The notes: generated from the sequence alone by a model not told the origin. Counted from the stretch's first letter, positions 1-8,765 are shown. The stretch is DNA of 41,385 nucleotides from a candidate division WOR-3 bacterium (GCA_965648905.1 CBFGIT010000023.1:1-41385), one strand, 5' to 3'. Numbers and translations are program-made.

Positions 1-149
1 GCAGCTACCACGGGCGCTTCTCCTTTCGGTAACGAAGATAGTATATGAATCGCCTGGGTAGCTGCTATTGTTGGCGCGACCGTGACGAACTAGGGACCTG
101 AGGCAACGGGGCGGTCTCGGGTAGATTATTTCTGAGGCAACGCGTCCGC

Positions 150-177
150 TTGACTTCTCCGGTCCGACGCGTAACCT
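150..177 (+). promoter_or_regulatory. sigma70-type promoter TTGACT-N16-TAACCT, probably leaderless into ATG 185
   Basis: Near-consensus hexamers at 150-155 and 172-177; in-frame ATG at 185 lies 7 nt after the -10; no SD seen. Confidence 0.55.
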
Positions 178-184
178 TATGCCA

Positions 185-1057
185 ATGTCGGACAGGCATC
201 TGAACCTCTTCTACTCCTACAACCAGAGCAGAGAAGCTGAGCTCATCGAGAACAACCTCACCCGCGCGTTCATACAGACGTTGCGGGCGTTGTCAGGCCC
301 GGTTCGGAACCGGTTGCTTCGCTCGCTCTTCGCCCGGCACGATGCTTCTGCCAAGCTGGCTTCTTACGACTACGAAGAAGCAGATACCGCCCTCCAAGAC
401 CGCATAGACAAGTCCATCAGCCTGAATTGCATCGGCAAGCACATCATCACAATCGCCACTCACGAACCTGAAGAGGAGCTGGACAGCGGTGCGGCGGAAC
501 AAGACAACGACGGCGGTTCAGTCCCTGATGCTTGGATATACAACAAGGACAGGGAAAGATGCGATTATTGCTTGCTGATTGAGTGCAAACGTGGCGGCAA
601 CCGGGTTGCAGAGGACCAGATACGCAGACACGTGAAGATATGGTTCGGAATGGTCGCAGCAGATGTGCACAGGATTGACTTAACCTGGCAGGACGTGCTC
701 AAGGTGGTGGAACAGGAACACCTAGTTGCGCAGGTAGACAACCAGCACGAGCGCCAGTATGTCTTGTCCGGCCTCATCGGCTTCCTTAACCAGTACGGCT
801 ACCGGCTGTTCAAGGGGTTCGATTTCAGAGGGCTGGGCGAAGTGCCCGGCTTCGGGCTGGCAAGCGCAATAACCGCATCGTCTGAACGCGGCGGACTACT
901 CCAGTTCTTGAAGCTGGGGCCGCCTCCGAACTTCAGGCTGCGGACTGACGCGTCAGGTCCGTCAACAGAGAAGGTCCAACTATTCCGCTTTGAGGCACTC
1001 GGCGCTGTGCCAGCGTTCAGGCTATGCACCAACCAAGGAGACAGATATGGACACTAA
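185..1057 (+). CDS. PD-(D/E)XK-superfamily nuclease-like hypothetical protein
   Basis: ORF 179..1057 (start 179 or 185); motif VPDAWI...LLIECK fits PD-(D/E)XK; N-terminal ENNLTRAF helix; C-terminus has three FxFxxLGxxPxFxL repeats. Confidence 0.6.
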   Translation: MSDRHLNLFYSYNQSREAELIENNLTRAFIQTLRALSGPVRNRLLRSLFARHDASAKLASYDYEEADTALQDRIDKSISLNCIGKHIITIATHEPEEELDSGAAEQDNDGGSVPDAWIYNKDRERCDYCLLIECKRGGNRVAEDQIRRHVKIWFGMVAADVHRIDLTWQDVLKVVEQEHLVAQVDNQHERQYVLSGLIGFLNQYGYRLFKGFDFRGLGEVPGFGLASAITASSERGGLLQFLKLGPPPNFRLRTDASGPSTEKVQLFRFEALGAVPAFRLCTNQGDRYGH

Positions 1058-1631
1058 GGCGGCAAAGAACTTCTACGACAACTTCGAGTGGTTCAACGAG
1101 TTCTTCGATGACCTGTACAGCCTCTTCGACAGGGTTGCCGATGGGCTCTTACGGGAAGGCTTCGAGGAGTCGTCAGGGCGTCAATACTACAGACAGCTCC
1201 GCAAGCCGTCACTCCCCAATATCTACACCGCGCTTTTCTCCCGCAGAACCGGTCCCCGCGTTATTCTCGCAGCCCTCCTGCAACGGGACTGGAAGAACAA
1301 GAAGGTCCCTTCATCAGAGCCGATGCTCTTCGTTCTTGCTTACGACTTGAGCAGCGACAATCAGTGGGTTGCGACAGCCATCCTCGACAACAACAAGTGG
1401 CTCCATATGTCACCCTCTGACGATACGATGGCGCTTGGTGGGTACTTGGACTGGGAGGAACACATTAGCTTCCGCGGTTTCTTTGTGCCGCTTGATGCCT
1501 TCAGCGACAAGAACTGCCCAGACGAGGCAGCCACGGATACGGCGATTCAGGAGAAGATAGTCGCGCCCTTGCGGGACATCCTAGACAAGCATTTCCCGGC
1601 GGCCAAAGCGAAAGCCAAGACGCGGAAGTGA
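1047..1631 (+). CDS. hypothetical protein
   Basis: ATG 1047 preceded by SD AAGGAG (1035-1040); overlaps the previous ORF end, and its stop overlaps the next start (GTGA); globular-looking 194 aa. Confidence 0.7.
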   Translation: MDTKAAKNFYDNFEWFNEFFDDLYSLFDRVADGLLREGFEESSGRQYYRQLRKPSLPNIYTALFSRRTGPRVILAALLQRDWKNKKVPSSEPMLFVLAYDLSSDNQWVATAILDNNKWLHMSPSDDTMALGGYLDWEEHISFRGFFVPLDAFSDKNCPDEAATDTAIQEKIVAPLRDILDKHFPAAKAKAKTRK

Positions 1632-2125
1632 GGCCTCCCCTCCGCGCGTACGTTGACATCGAAACGACCGGGCTGAATCGGTATCAGTACGACCTGACGG
1701 TCGTGGGTATCTGCATCGAACAGGGACGCAGCCGCGAGGTGATTCAACTCTATGAATCAACACTGAGTCGCAAGAACCTCCTCGACGCTGTGAAGGGAGC
1801 CGACGCGCTCTATACGTTCAACGGCGAGCGGTTCGACCTGCCGTTCATCGGGCATCATCTCGGGCTGAATCTGGCACAACATCTGGCGCACTGCGACCTG
1901 ATGTACCATTGTTGGAACCGTGGCCTCTGGGGCGGACAGAAGGCAGTCGAGTACCAGCTCGGCATCAGCCGCAAGACCGCGGGACTCGATGGTGCGGACG
2001 CCGTAGACCTTTGGTTCGACTACAAGGAGAACGGCAGCAGGCGCGCGCTCAAGACTCTGCTCCGCTACAACGCCGAGGACGTGAAGAACCTCGCGCACAT
2101 CCGCCGCAAGCTCGGCGTCGAGTAG
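1628..2125 (+). CDS. RNase_H_2/YprB-like DEDDy 3'-5' exonuclease, copy 1
   Basis: ExoI YVDIETTG, ExoII TFNGERFD, ExoIII YNAED motifs. Confidence 0.85.
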   Translation: MRPPLRAYVDIETTGLNRYQYDLTVVGICIEQGRSREVIQLYESTLSRKNLLDAVKGADALYTFNGERFDLPFIGHHLGLNLAQHLAHCDLMYHCWNRGLWGGQKAVEYQLGISRKTAGLDGADAVDLWFDYKENGSRRALKTLLRYNAEDVKNLAHIRRKLGVE

Positions 2126-2244
2126 CTCCACACCGGCCTCGTCCGCATCTGCCTCAAGACCCGCAACTGGTTCCCCGCGCGGGCCTGACGGCACTCGGCC
2201 GTCCGCTCACCGCCAAACGCCCTCTGCCCGCGGGCAGGGCATCG

Positions 2245-2273
2245 TTGACAATGGTATCATTCATGATACCATT
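2245..2273 (+). promoter_or_regulatory. promoter TTGACA-N16-TACCAT with an overlapping 11-bp operator-like inverted repeat
   Basis: TTGACA 2245-2250; AATGGTATCAT-TC-ATGATACCATT at 2250-2273. Confidence 0.65.
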
Positions 2274-2294
2274 TTGTGCCAGTAATGGTGCTAT

Positions 2295-3626
2295 ATGAAT
2301 AGAGAAGTAGCCAAGCAGGTCATGGCCGAATTCCAGGAGATGGAGTTCCCAAAGGCCATAGCCCGTGACCTTTCCGTACCGCTTGACACGGGTCGGGTCG
2401 CGTCGGTCACCGGCGTACGCCGGAGCGGCAAGACCTACTTGTTGCTCGCGCTGGCCGAGTCGCTGGTCCGCGCGGGAGTACCCAAGCACCGCCTGACGTA
2501 CATCAGCTTCGACGACCCGCGTCTGCTTCCGGCCACGGCCCGTGACCTTGCCGAGCTGCCCGGGGTCTGCCGTGAACTCCTCCCGGATGACAGCGGGCCC
2601 CGATACATGTTTCTCGATGAGGTCCAGCAGGTTGAGAACTGGGAGCTGGGTGTACGCCGGATTCACGACACGCGCCGGTTCAACCTGGTCGTAACCGGCT
2701 CCTCGTCTCGGATGCTCGCCGGCGACATCGCCACCAGCCTGCGCGGCCGCAGCCTGACCCATGAGCTGCTGCCTTTCTCCGCCCGGGAGTGTCTGCGGGC
2801 GCACGGCGTCGCGACCGACCGCCTGACGGCCTACGCAGCCCGAAGTGCCGACGTGAGGCGGGTGCTGTCCCGGTACTTCACTTTCGGCGGCTTTCCTGAG
2901 ATTGTTCTGGCGGGTGAAGACAGCTTGAGGCTTCGCATACTGAGCGAGTACGTCGAGACGATGTTCATGCGGGACCTGGTCGAACGGAACCGTGTTCGCA
3001 ACCCGGCAGCGATGCGCGAGCTTTTCCGGTTCATCGTTACCAACGTCGCCAACCCGTTCTCGGTTAACGCGTTCTGGAAATGGCTGCGCTCGGCTCACCC
3101 GCTTACCAAACGGACGCTTCTGCAGTACGTCTCGCACCTCGAAGACTCCGGGCTGGTGTTCCTGGTTCGCAAGTTCTCGCACTCACTCAAGGAACAGAAC
3201 CTCAGGCCGCGCAAGGCCTATCTTGTTGACAACGGGCTGCGGACGGTCTACGGTCATAGCCCGAGCCACGACCGTGGTCGGGTACTGGAGAACTCGGTCT
3301 ACCTCGCGCTCAGACATTACCTCGGAGGCTCGCCGCTCAGCAGGTTGTACTACTGGCAGGAACGCAAAGGACGCGAGGTCGACTTCGTCGTAACCGATGG
3401 CGGTCGGGTGCGCGCGCTCATCCAGGTTGCATCCGACCCGACCGCATTCGGGGTCAGGGAACGGGAGACGTCGGCCTTGGTTGCCGCGCTCGGTGAGTTC
3501 CGCCTGAGACACGGCCTCGTGATAACATCTGACCATTCAGGCGAAGAACGTGTGGACGGCCGCACGATTCGCTACATCCCATTCTGGAAATGGGTCCTGG
3601 CCGAGGACCTGCTCAAGCCGGTGTAA
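2295..3626 (+). CDS. AAA_14 ATPase with DUF4143/PD-(D/E)XK C-terminal domain
   Basis: Walker A GVRRSGKT, Walker B YMFLDEVQ, TGSSS, GGFPE, KAYLVDNGL, LENSV, EVDFV...LIQV. Confidence 0.92.
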   Translation: MNREVAKQVMAEFQEMEFPKAIARDLSVPLDTGRVASVTGVRRSGKTYLLLALAESLVRAGVPKHRLTYISFDDPRLLPATARDLAELPGVCRELLPDDSGPRYMFLDEVQQVENWELGVRRIHDTRRFNLVVTGSSSRMLAGDIATSLRGRSLTHELLPFSARECLRAHGVATDRLTAYAARSADVRRVLSRYFTFGGFPEIVLAGEDSLRLRILSEYVETMFMRDLVERNRVRNPAAMRELFRFIVTNVANPFSVNAFWKWLRSAHPLTKRTLLQYVSHLEDSGLVFLVRKFSHSLKEQNLRPRKAYLVDNGLRTVYGHSPSHDRGRVLENSVYLALRHYLGGSPLSRLYYWQERKGREVDFVVTDGGRVRALIQVASDPTAFGVRERETSALVAALGEFRLRHGLVITSDHSGEERVDGRTIRYIPFWKWVLAEDLLKPV

Positions 3627-3741
3627 CCCGGTCCGGACCGGCCCCCAGCGCCCGCTGACCGCCCTCCGCCGCCAGCGCATACGGCTGCCTGCAGGGGCAA
3701 CCGTACACATGTTCCAATGGCGCAAGACGCAGTAGCCCCGC

Positions 3742-3770
3742 TTGACTTCGTTCACTCGCATTCCTATGCT
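3742..3770 (+). promoter_or_regulatory. sigma70-type promoter TTGACT-N17-TATGCT
   Basis: Hexamers at 3742-3747 and 3765-3770 upstream of the resolvase-like pair. Confidence 0.55.
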
Positions 3771-3838
3771 TCCGGCGTGGTAGACAGACCAGTGTTCTTG
3801 TTCTGCTCGGACGACATTGGCAGAGATTGGAGAGAAGG

Positions 3839-4336
3839 ATGAAGCACGATACTATTGCCGAACTACAGGCAGACCGGCGAATACTGGCGGAGTGCCCGGA
3901 CAGCGGAGAGACATTTCCTCTCGCGGACGCCGTGATGTTCTACATTGGCGACCCGGTCCCGGCGAAAGCCAGGAAGGTGCTGGACGAATGGGAGGCCGGA
4001 CTGGAACAGAGGCGCAAAGGCCTGCGCGAAGCACGGCGTAAGCTCAAGGAACGTTCTGAAACGGCTACGGTCTCGGTCAACGTCGGCAAGATACTTGAGA
4101 AGGTAGCCCCGGCGATGAGAGGGTTCGACATGGACTGCCGCGACCTCAGGCCGCTCTTTGAGCCGATTGACTACGTCGCGTTCAACGGCCTTGCCTCCGG
4201 CAATGGCCGAGTTGACTCAATTCTACTCTTCGACGTGAAAACGGGCGGCGCGCAGCTTACCTTGACCCAGAAGCAGATACGAGACGCGGTGGAACGCGGC
4301 AAGGTCCATTGGGCCACCTATAAGGGGAAGCTGTGA
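3839..4336 (+). CDS. Holliday junction resolvase-like endonuclease (Endonuc_Holl-type), paralog A
   Basis: GKILEKVAP, PIDYVAFNG, FDVKTG, Q..IRDAVERGKV; ATG 3839 after purine-rich GGAGAGAAGG. Confidence 0.8.
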   Translation: MKHDTIAELQADRRILAECPDSGETFPLADAVMFYIGDPVPAKARKVLDEWEAGLEQRRKGLREARRKLKERSETATVSVNVGKILEKVAPAMRGFDMDCRDLRPLFEPIDYVAFNGLASGNGRVDSILLFDVKTGGAQLTLTQKQIRDAVERGKVHWATYKGKL

Positions 4337-4836
4337 GAACCCCGGTGCTGGCTGCATTCCAGGACTTCCAGCGCATACTGGTCGTCTGCCCGCGCTGTGG
4401 CGGCATTCATCGGCTGAGCGAGCTGAAGCTCTCCTATCGCGCCAAACCCAAACGCACGTGGCTCGATGAACTCAGAGACAAAGAGAGGCGCATGGACCTT
4501 GCCGAAGAGCGGTTTGAGGAGCAGAAGGCAGAACTACGCCGGCGCGCGCAGGAGAAGGGCCGACGGCAACTACCCTCGATGCTGAAGAAGTGCGTTCCTA
4601 TCATCAGCCGACTCGGGTACTATCCGCAGGACTTGAAACCGATGTTCGACCTGATTGACTTCGTGGTATTCGACGGCATGACCCTGCGCGACTCGGTCAG
4701 ACGGCTCGTGCTGCTTGATGGCCCAGCCCGCGACAAGCGGCGCGAACGTATTCAGGAGTCGGTTCGCCGCGTCCTCAAACGCGGAAACTACGAATGGAGA
4801 ACTGTTCGCTTGCGTGCAGACGGCACGGTCGCATAG
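4333..4836 (+). CDS. Holliday junction resolvase-like protein, paralog B (N-terminal CPRC; catalytic motif degenerate)
   Basis: LIDFVVFDG and IQESVRRVLKRGNYEW align with paralog A; LLDGP in place of FDVKTG; GTGA overlap with paralog A. Confidence 0.72.
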   Translation: MRTPVLAAFQDFQRILVVCPRCGGIHRLSELKLSYRAKPKRTWLDELRDKERRMDLAEERFEEQKAELRRRAQEKGRRQLPSMLKKCVPIISRLGYYPQDLKPMFDLIDFVVFDGMTLRDSVRRLVLLDGPARDKRRERIQESVRRVLKRGNYEWRTVRLRADGTVA

Positions 4837-4931
4837 TGAAAGCAGTGACCTGTGCGGGAGAAAGCGAACAATTCGTTTCTGGCGTAACTTGGCTAGGGGC
4901 CCGGCTATGTACGCGATCAAAGAGGTTGTAG

Positions 4932-6122
4932 ATGATCATCACGACAGGAAGAGAGCTTGTCTATCGTCTCAGACAAATGTGCGACCGCACTAAACGCAGG
5001 ATGTGGATCACCACTCCCTATCTCGGACACGTCGACGCAGTCCTGAGGATACTCGGCTCCAGATGGCGAGATTCTAAGAACCTAGACGTCAGATTGCTCA
5101 TAGATGCAGACAACGCTGCCGTTGACCCAGAGACACTGGAGCTCTTTTGCGAACACGCACGAGTGAAGACTCTGCCTGCACTACATGCCAAGATATACAT
5201 CTGTGACGACGTGGCTCTCGTGACGTCGGCCAATCTGACGAAGACCGCTTTCTCCAAACGTCACGAGTTGGGTGTTTTCTCTGGCGGACGAAATGCACAA
5301 GAAGTCGCAGCCGTGTTTGATCAATGGTGGTCTGTATCCTCAGAACCCACAGACCAGCAGATCAGAAGGCTGGAGAGAGGCGCCGTCAACCGCCAAGAGG
5401 AACCTGTGTCACGGAGCAGCACCTCTTGGCCGGTACATACGACGCTGCCGAAGCCTCCGCCCACGGCGACCGATGTAATTCCGGAATTCAGGACCTACAA
5501 CCAGTTCGTTCGCTATTATCAAGACCTAGCGACCAAGTATGCTTCCTGTCAGAGACTGGCTCCGCGTGTTCCGCTGTTTCTCGAAGTTGACACCTTCCTT
5601 GAGTACCTGAGAAGGCACGAAAGCCAAGCGGCGCGGCGATTTCGCAGAGACGCTCCTAGGCGACTCACTGAGGAGAAGAGACTGCACGAAATCCGAAAGT
5701 ACGCCCGACGGTTCAAGAAGTGGCTCAGCAAGAACGAAGAAGCACGAACTTGGCTACTGGGTCGTGGCCGCGACTGTGCCCGGATCCGCCGCAGGCTGCT
5801 GAGCAAGAGCCCGGCGGCGTTCACGCAGCGTGACGCTGAGTTCATAGTCGACAGGCTCTTCGCCTACCCTGACGCACGAATTAGACAGGCAATACTAAAC
5901 TACAACCGACCTGCAACACTGGCACGCGCATGGCGCGGGTTGCTGGAACCCGCCGACTCTCTGCCCGTGAGCATGTCGAAGTGCAAAGCCAAGCTTGTCT
6001 ACTTCGGCCGGTCGGGCATACAAGAACTGGCAGGTGTCTTGTGGCCGGACCGGTACCCAATCAGGAACAGGACCTCCAATGCCGGACTTCGCTTCTTCGG
6101 CTACCGAGTTGCGGCCTACTGA
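4932..6122 (+). CDS. phospholipase D (HKD) family nuclease-domain protein
   Basis: ITTPY, LHAKIYICD (HxKxxxxD), TSANLT, HELG in the N-terminal ~135 aa; SD GAGG at 4922-4925; uncharacterised C-terminal domain. Confidence 0.85.
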   Translation: MIITTGRELVYRLRQMCDRTKRRMWITTPYLGHVDAVLRILGSRWRDSKNLDVRLLIDADNAAVDPETLELFCEHARVKTLPALHAKIYICDDVALVTSANLTKTAFSKRHELGVFSGGRNAQEVAAVFDQWWSVSSEPTDQQIRRLERGAVNRQEEPVSRSSTSWPVHTTLPKPPPTATDVIPEFRTYNQFVRYYQDLATKYASCQRLAPRVPLFLEVDTFLEYLRRHESQAARRFRRDAPRRLTEEKRLHEIRKYARRFKKWLSKNEEARTWLLGRGRDCARIRRRLLSKSPAAFTQRDAEFIVDRLFAYPDARIRQAILNYNRPATLARAWRGLLEPADSLPVSMSKCKAKLVYFGRSGIQELAGVLWPDRYPIRNRTSNAGLRFFGYRVAAY

Positions 6123-6151
6123 CAAACGGGTACATTTGCCACAGACGAGCC

Positions 6152-6643
6152 TTGGAGTTTCCCCTCCGCGTCTACATCGACATCGAGACGACCGGGCTGA
6201 ATCGGTTTCAGTACGAACTGACGGTCGTCGGCATCTGCCTTGAGCAGGGCCGCAAGGTGATTCAGCTCTATGACTCAATGCTGAGCCGCAGGAACCTGCT
6301 CGACGCCGTGAAAGGAGCTGACGCGCTCTACACCTACAACGGCGAGCGGTTCGACCTGCCGTTCATCGAGCATCATCTCGGGCTGAATCTGGCCCAACAT
6401 CTGGCGCACTGCGACCTGATGTACCATTGTTGGAACCGTGGCCTCTGGGGCGGACAGAAGGCAGTCGAGTGCCAGCTCGGCATCAGCCGCAAGACCGCGG
6501 GACTCGATGGTGCGGACGCCGTAGACCTTTGGTTCGACTACAAGGAGAACGGCAGCAGGCACGCGCTCAAGACTCTGCTCCGCTACAACGCCGAGGACGT
6601 GAAGAACCTCGCGCACATCCGGCACAAGCTCGGCGTTCAGTAG
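6152..6643 (+). CDS. RNase_H_2/YprB-like DEDDy exonuclease, copy 2
   Basis: Same motifs as copy 1 (YIDIETTG, TYNGERFD, YNAED); start uncertain, in-frame TTG at 6152 chosen by alignment to copy 1. Confidence 0.78.
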   Translation: MEFPLRVYIDIETTGLNRFQYELTVVGICLEQGRKVIQLYDSMLSRRNLLDAVKGADALYTYNGERFDLPFIEHHLGLNLAQHLAHCDLMYHCWNRGLWGGQKAVECQLGISRKTAGLDGADAVDLWFDYKENGSRHALKTLLRYNAEDVKNLAHIRHKLGVQ

Positions 6644-6671
6644 CCGAACCCTGGCATCTTTCGGCTCCCGC

Positions 6672-7241
6672 CTAGCGCCGCAGTTCGTCCAGCCTGAGTT
6701 GCACCCGCTCCAGCCGCCCGTCCAGGAACTGCTCAACGTCGCTGACCGCCTCCGAGTCGGAGATGGCCGGAAGTACCGAGGCTATCCGCCGCGTCGCCTC
6801 GAGTTGCGCCTCGGCCCAGTCCAGCACTCCGGCCAATGAGTCCGCGCGGCCCGGCTCTGCGCTGTGCCGGCGAAGACGAGTTATTGCACGCAGCACCATA
6901 TTCACCCGGTGTTCGTATTCGAACTGCAACCGGTCATTGCCGGCAAGACCGGTAGTCTGACTGGTCTTGTCCGGGCCGCCGCGCGTCACGTCGGCATCGG
7001 AACGGCCGGTTCCGCTGAGCAGGGCGCGCCAGGACCTGCCCGAGATGACGGGTACTACGACTACGGTCAAGGTCAGTAACCAGATGAAGGCCAGTCCCAG
7101 CAACACGGCCCAACCGACCCGCACACCAGGATGTGGTGCGTGCTCGCTCGGCCGGGCGCCGCAGGCAAAGCAGAATATCTGACCAGCCGCCATCTTCTCT
7201 CCACATGACGGACAACGCACCTGTTCCCGGGGTGTACTCAT
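6672..7241 (-). CDS. zinc-ribbon single-pass membrane protein
   Basis: ATG 7241 overlaps the upstream stop (ATGA); CPSC...CFAC zinc ribbon, one TM helix, helical C-terminus. Confidence 0.75.
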   Translation of the reverse strand: MSTPREQVRCPSCGEKMAAGQIFCFACGARPSEHAPHPGVRVGWAVLLGLAFIWLLTLTVVVVPVISGRSWRALLSGTGRSDADVTRGGPDKTSQTTGLAGNDRLQFEYEHRVNMVLRAITRLRRHSAEPGRADSLAGVLDWAEAQLEATRRIASVLPAISDSEAVSDVEQFLDGRLERVQLRLDELRR

Positions 7242-7447
7242 CTTGCCAGACGGCTGACCAAGAGCGAGCCGAAGATGCTCAAGGCAAAGAGCACGAGAAA
7301 GGCCACCAAGGCCGCCTTGAGCGCCTCGCCGACAAGCCGGTGTCGAGCCAGTTGATGCCGCTGGTACTCCGTGTAGATGATGGCGAACGCCGCCCCGGAC
7401 CCGAGCAGACTGAACACCGCACTCACCACGAGCAGCGTAACCAGCAC
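7238..7447 (-). CDS. small two-TM membrane protein
   Basis: 69 aa with two hydrophobic segments; tightly packed between the antiporter and the zinc-ribbon gene. Confidence 0.7.
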   Translation of the reverse strand: MLVTLLVVSAVFSLLGSGAAFAIIYTEYQRHQLARHRLVGEALKAALVAFLVLFALSIFGSLLVSRLAR

Positions 7448-7456
7448 AACACCGTC

Positions 7457-8704
7457 CTACCGCAGCGGCGCGCCATTCTCCGGCTCTTCTTCCTCGGCAT
7501 CGGGTATCAGGCGCACGTCGCCACGCGTTCCCTCGGGCTGCCCCAACGCGTCGACATCGGGCAGCAGGTGCCGCGGCAGAAAGGCCAGTGTGGCAATTGC
7601 GGTCGGTACAACCGCGCTGGCAATGACCGCTGCGACCAGGAAGGAATACTGCGCCGCGCTGACGATGCCGTGCGAGAAGCCGTAGAGCGCTGCTATTGTC
7701 CCGAACGTCAGGCCGGTGGACATCATCAGCGTGTAGTACCACCGTTCACTCCGTTCCTTGCGGAACCGGGCAATAACCGGGAACAGGCCCAGTATCTTCG
7801 TCACCACCTTGCCCCCGAGCAGAGCAAGGAACGCGAGTGGCGCGGACAGCAGCGCCGAAACCGACACGAGTGAGCCGGCCCGGATGAAGTAAAACGGCGT
7901 CAGGAACCCGACCGTCAGGGTGCGCAGGCGCCGCACAAAATCGTGGTCCATCGCCGAGGTCCCGGCCAGCACCATGCCGATGAGGTATGCGGGCAGCACT
8001 GCTTCGCTGCCCGACCAGAGCGCCAGCGCCCCGAGCCCGAACACGACGAGCACCGCCCACTTGGTCCTGATGGCTGCGGTCCGGTACGCGTAGCGCCGGG
8101 CCAGGCGCCGTGTGAGGTACGGCAGCGCGGCAAGGACCCCGGCGGTCACAACCGCGAAGGCGGCAGTCTTGAGAGTGAACGGCGCAAAGATGAACCCGAG
8201 TGCAAGCACGGTCCCCAGGTCGTTGACAAAGCACGCGCCAAGTATCCCCTTGCCGAACTCGGTCTTGTTGAATCCGGTTTCAAGCATCACCGCATAGACC
8301 ACGGCCATCGAGGTGGTGGAAAGTGCGACTCCAGTGAGGAGGCTCGCCTTCACGCTCCAATGAAGGAGAAAATGCGCGATAGCTGCGCACCCCAGAAATG
8401 GTGCGAAGAAGCCGACCAGTCCGATGACCGTCACCTCGCCCAGCTTGCGGCGCAGTACCGACGGTTCGAGTTCAGCACCGGCCAGGAACGTGAGCATCAC
8501 CGAGCCGGCCCCGGCCAAAAATCGGAGCCATTCGGCGTCGGCGCCCAGTGAACCGGGGCCGAAGAACCGGCTGGCAACCGCGCCCGCGCCAACGCCGACG
8601 CATATCTCAACCAGGGCAGTCGAGACTCTTAGATGATTGGCAATGACCGTGGCGACAACCGCCAGGCCAAGCCAGACTGCGGCCAGAGTGAACGCTTCCT
8701 GCAC
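7457..8704 (-). CDS. cation:proton antiporter (CPA2/Kef-type Na+/H+ exchanger family)
   Basis: Many TM helices; FLAGAELE, ALSTTSMAVV, ACFVNDL, FLTPFYFIRAG motifs; SD GGAGG before GTG. Confidence 0.9.
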   Translation of the reverse strand: MQEAFTLAAVWLGLAVVATVIANHLRVSTALVEICVGVGAGAVASRFFGPGSLGADAEWLRFLAGAGSVMLTFLAGAELEPSVLRRKLGEVTVIGLVGFFAPFLGCAAIAHFLLHWSVKASLLTGVALSTTSMAVVYAVMLETGFNKTEFGKGILGACFVNDLGTVLALGFIFAPFTLKTAAFAVVTAGVLAALPYLTRRLARRYAYRTAAIRTKWAVLVVFGLGALALWSGSEAVLPAYLIGMVLAGTSAMDHDFVRRLRTLTVGFLTPFYFIRAGSLVSVSALLSAPLAFLALLGGKVVTKILGLFPVIARFRKERSERWYYTLMMSTGLTFGTIAALYGFSHGIVSAAQYSFLVAAVIASAVVPTAIATLAFLPRHLLPDVDALGQPEGTRGDVRLIPDAEEEEPENGAPLR

Positions 8705-8765
8705 GGAGTCCTCCGTAGTTAATTACTTCTGCAGCCATGCCGGGCAGGCCGACTTCCCGGCCATT

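Larger units (their letters stand above)
1636..6643 (+). repeat. ~490-bp direct repeat pair (1636-2125 / 6160-6643) bracketing a ~4-kb cargo
   Basis: 1819-2103 vs 6337-6621 differ at 4 of 285 nt; 5' parts are diverged mostly synonymously, with a 6-nt indel. Confidence 0.95.

Noticed and set aside
2154..3182. 342-aa antisense ORF (and similar shadow ORFs such as 33858..34892)
   Set aside because: Antisense to well-conserved genes; expected in high-GC DNA.
5930..6151. N-terminal extension of exonuclease copy 2 in the ORF track
   Set aside because: Overlaps the PLD gene in another frame and has no counterpart in copy 1.
1628..6643. Duplicated exonuclease genes as a DGR template/variable repeat pair
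   Set aside because: Mismatches are not confined to adenines of one copy, many are synonymous, and no reverse transcriptase is present.
1..6660. Integron cassette array
   Set aside because: No attC-like inverted repeats with GTTRRRY cores between genes, several genes carry their own promoters, and there is no integrase in the window.
7242..7742. N-terminal extension of ORF 6672..7742
   Set aside because: Overlaps two better-supported genes; the credible start is ATG 7241.
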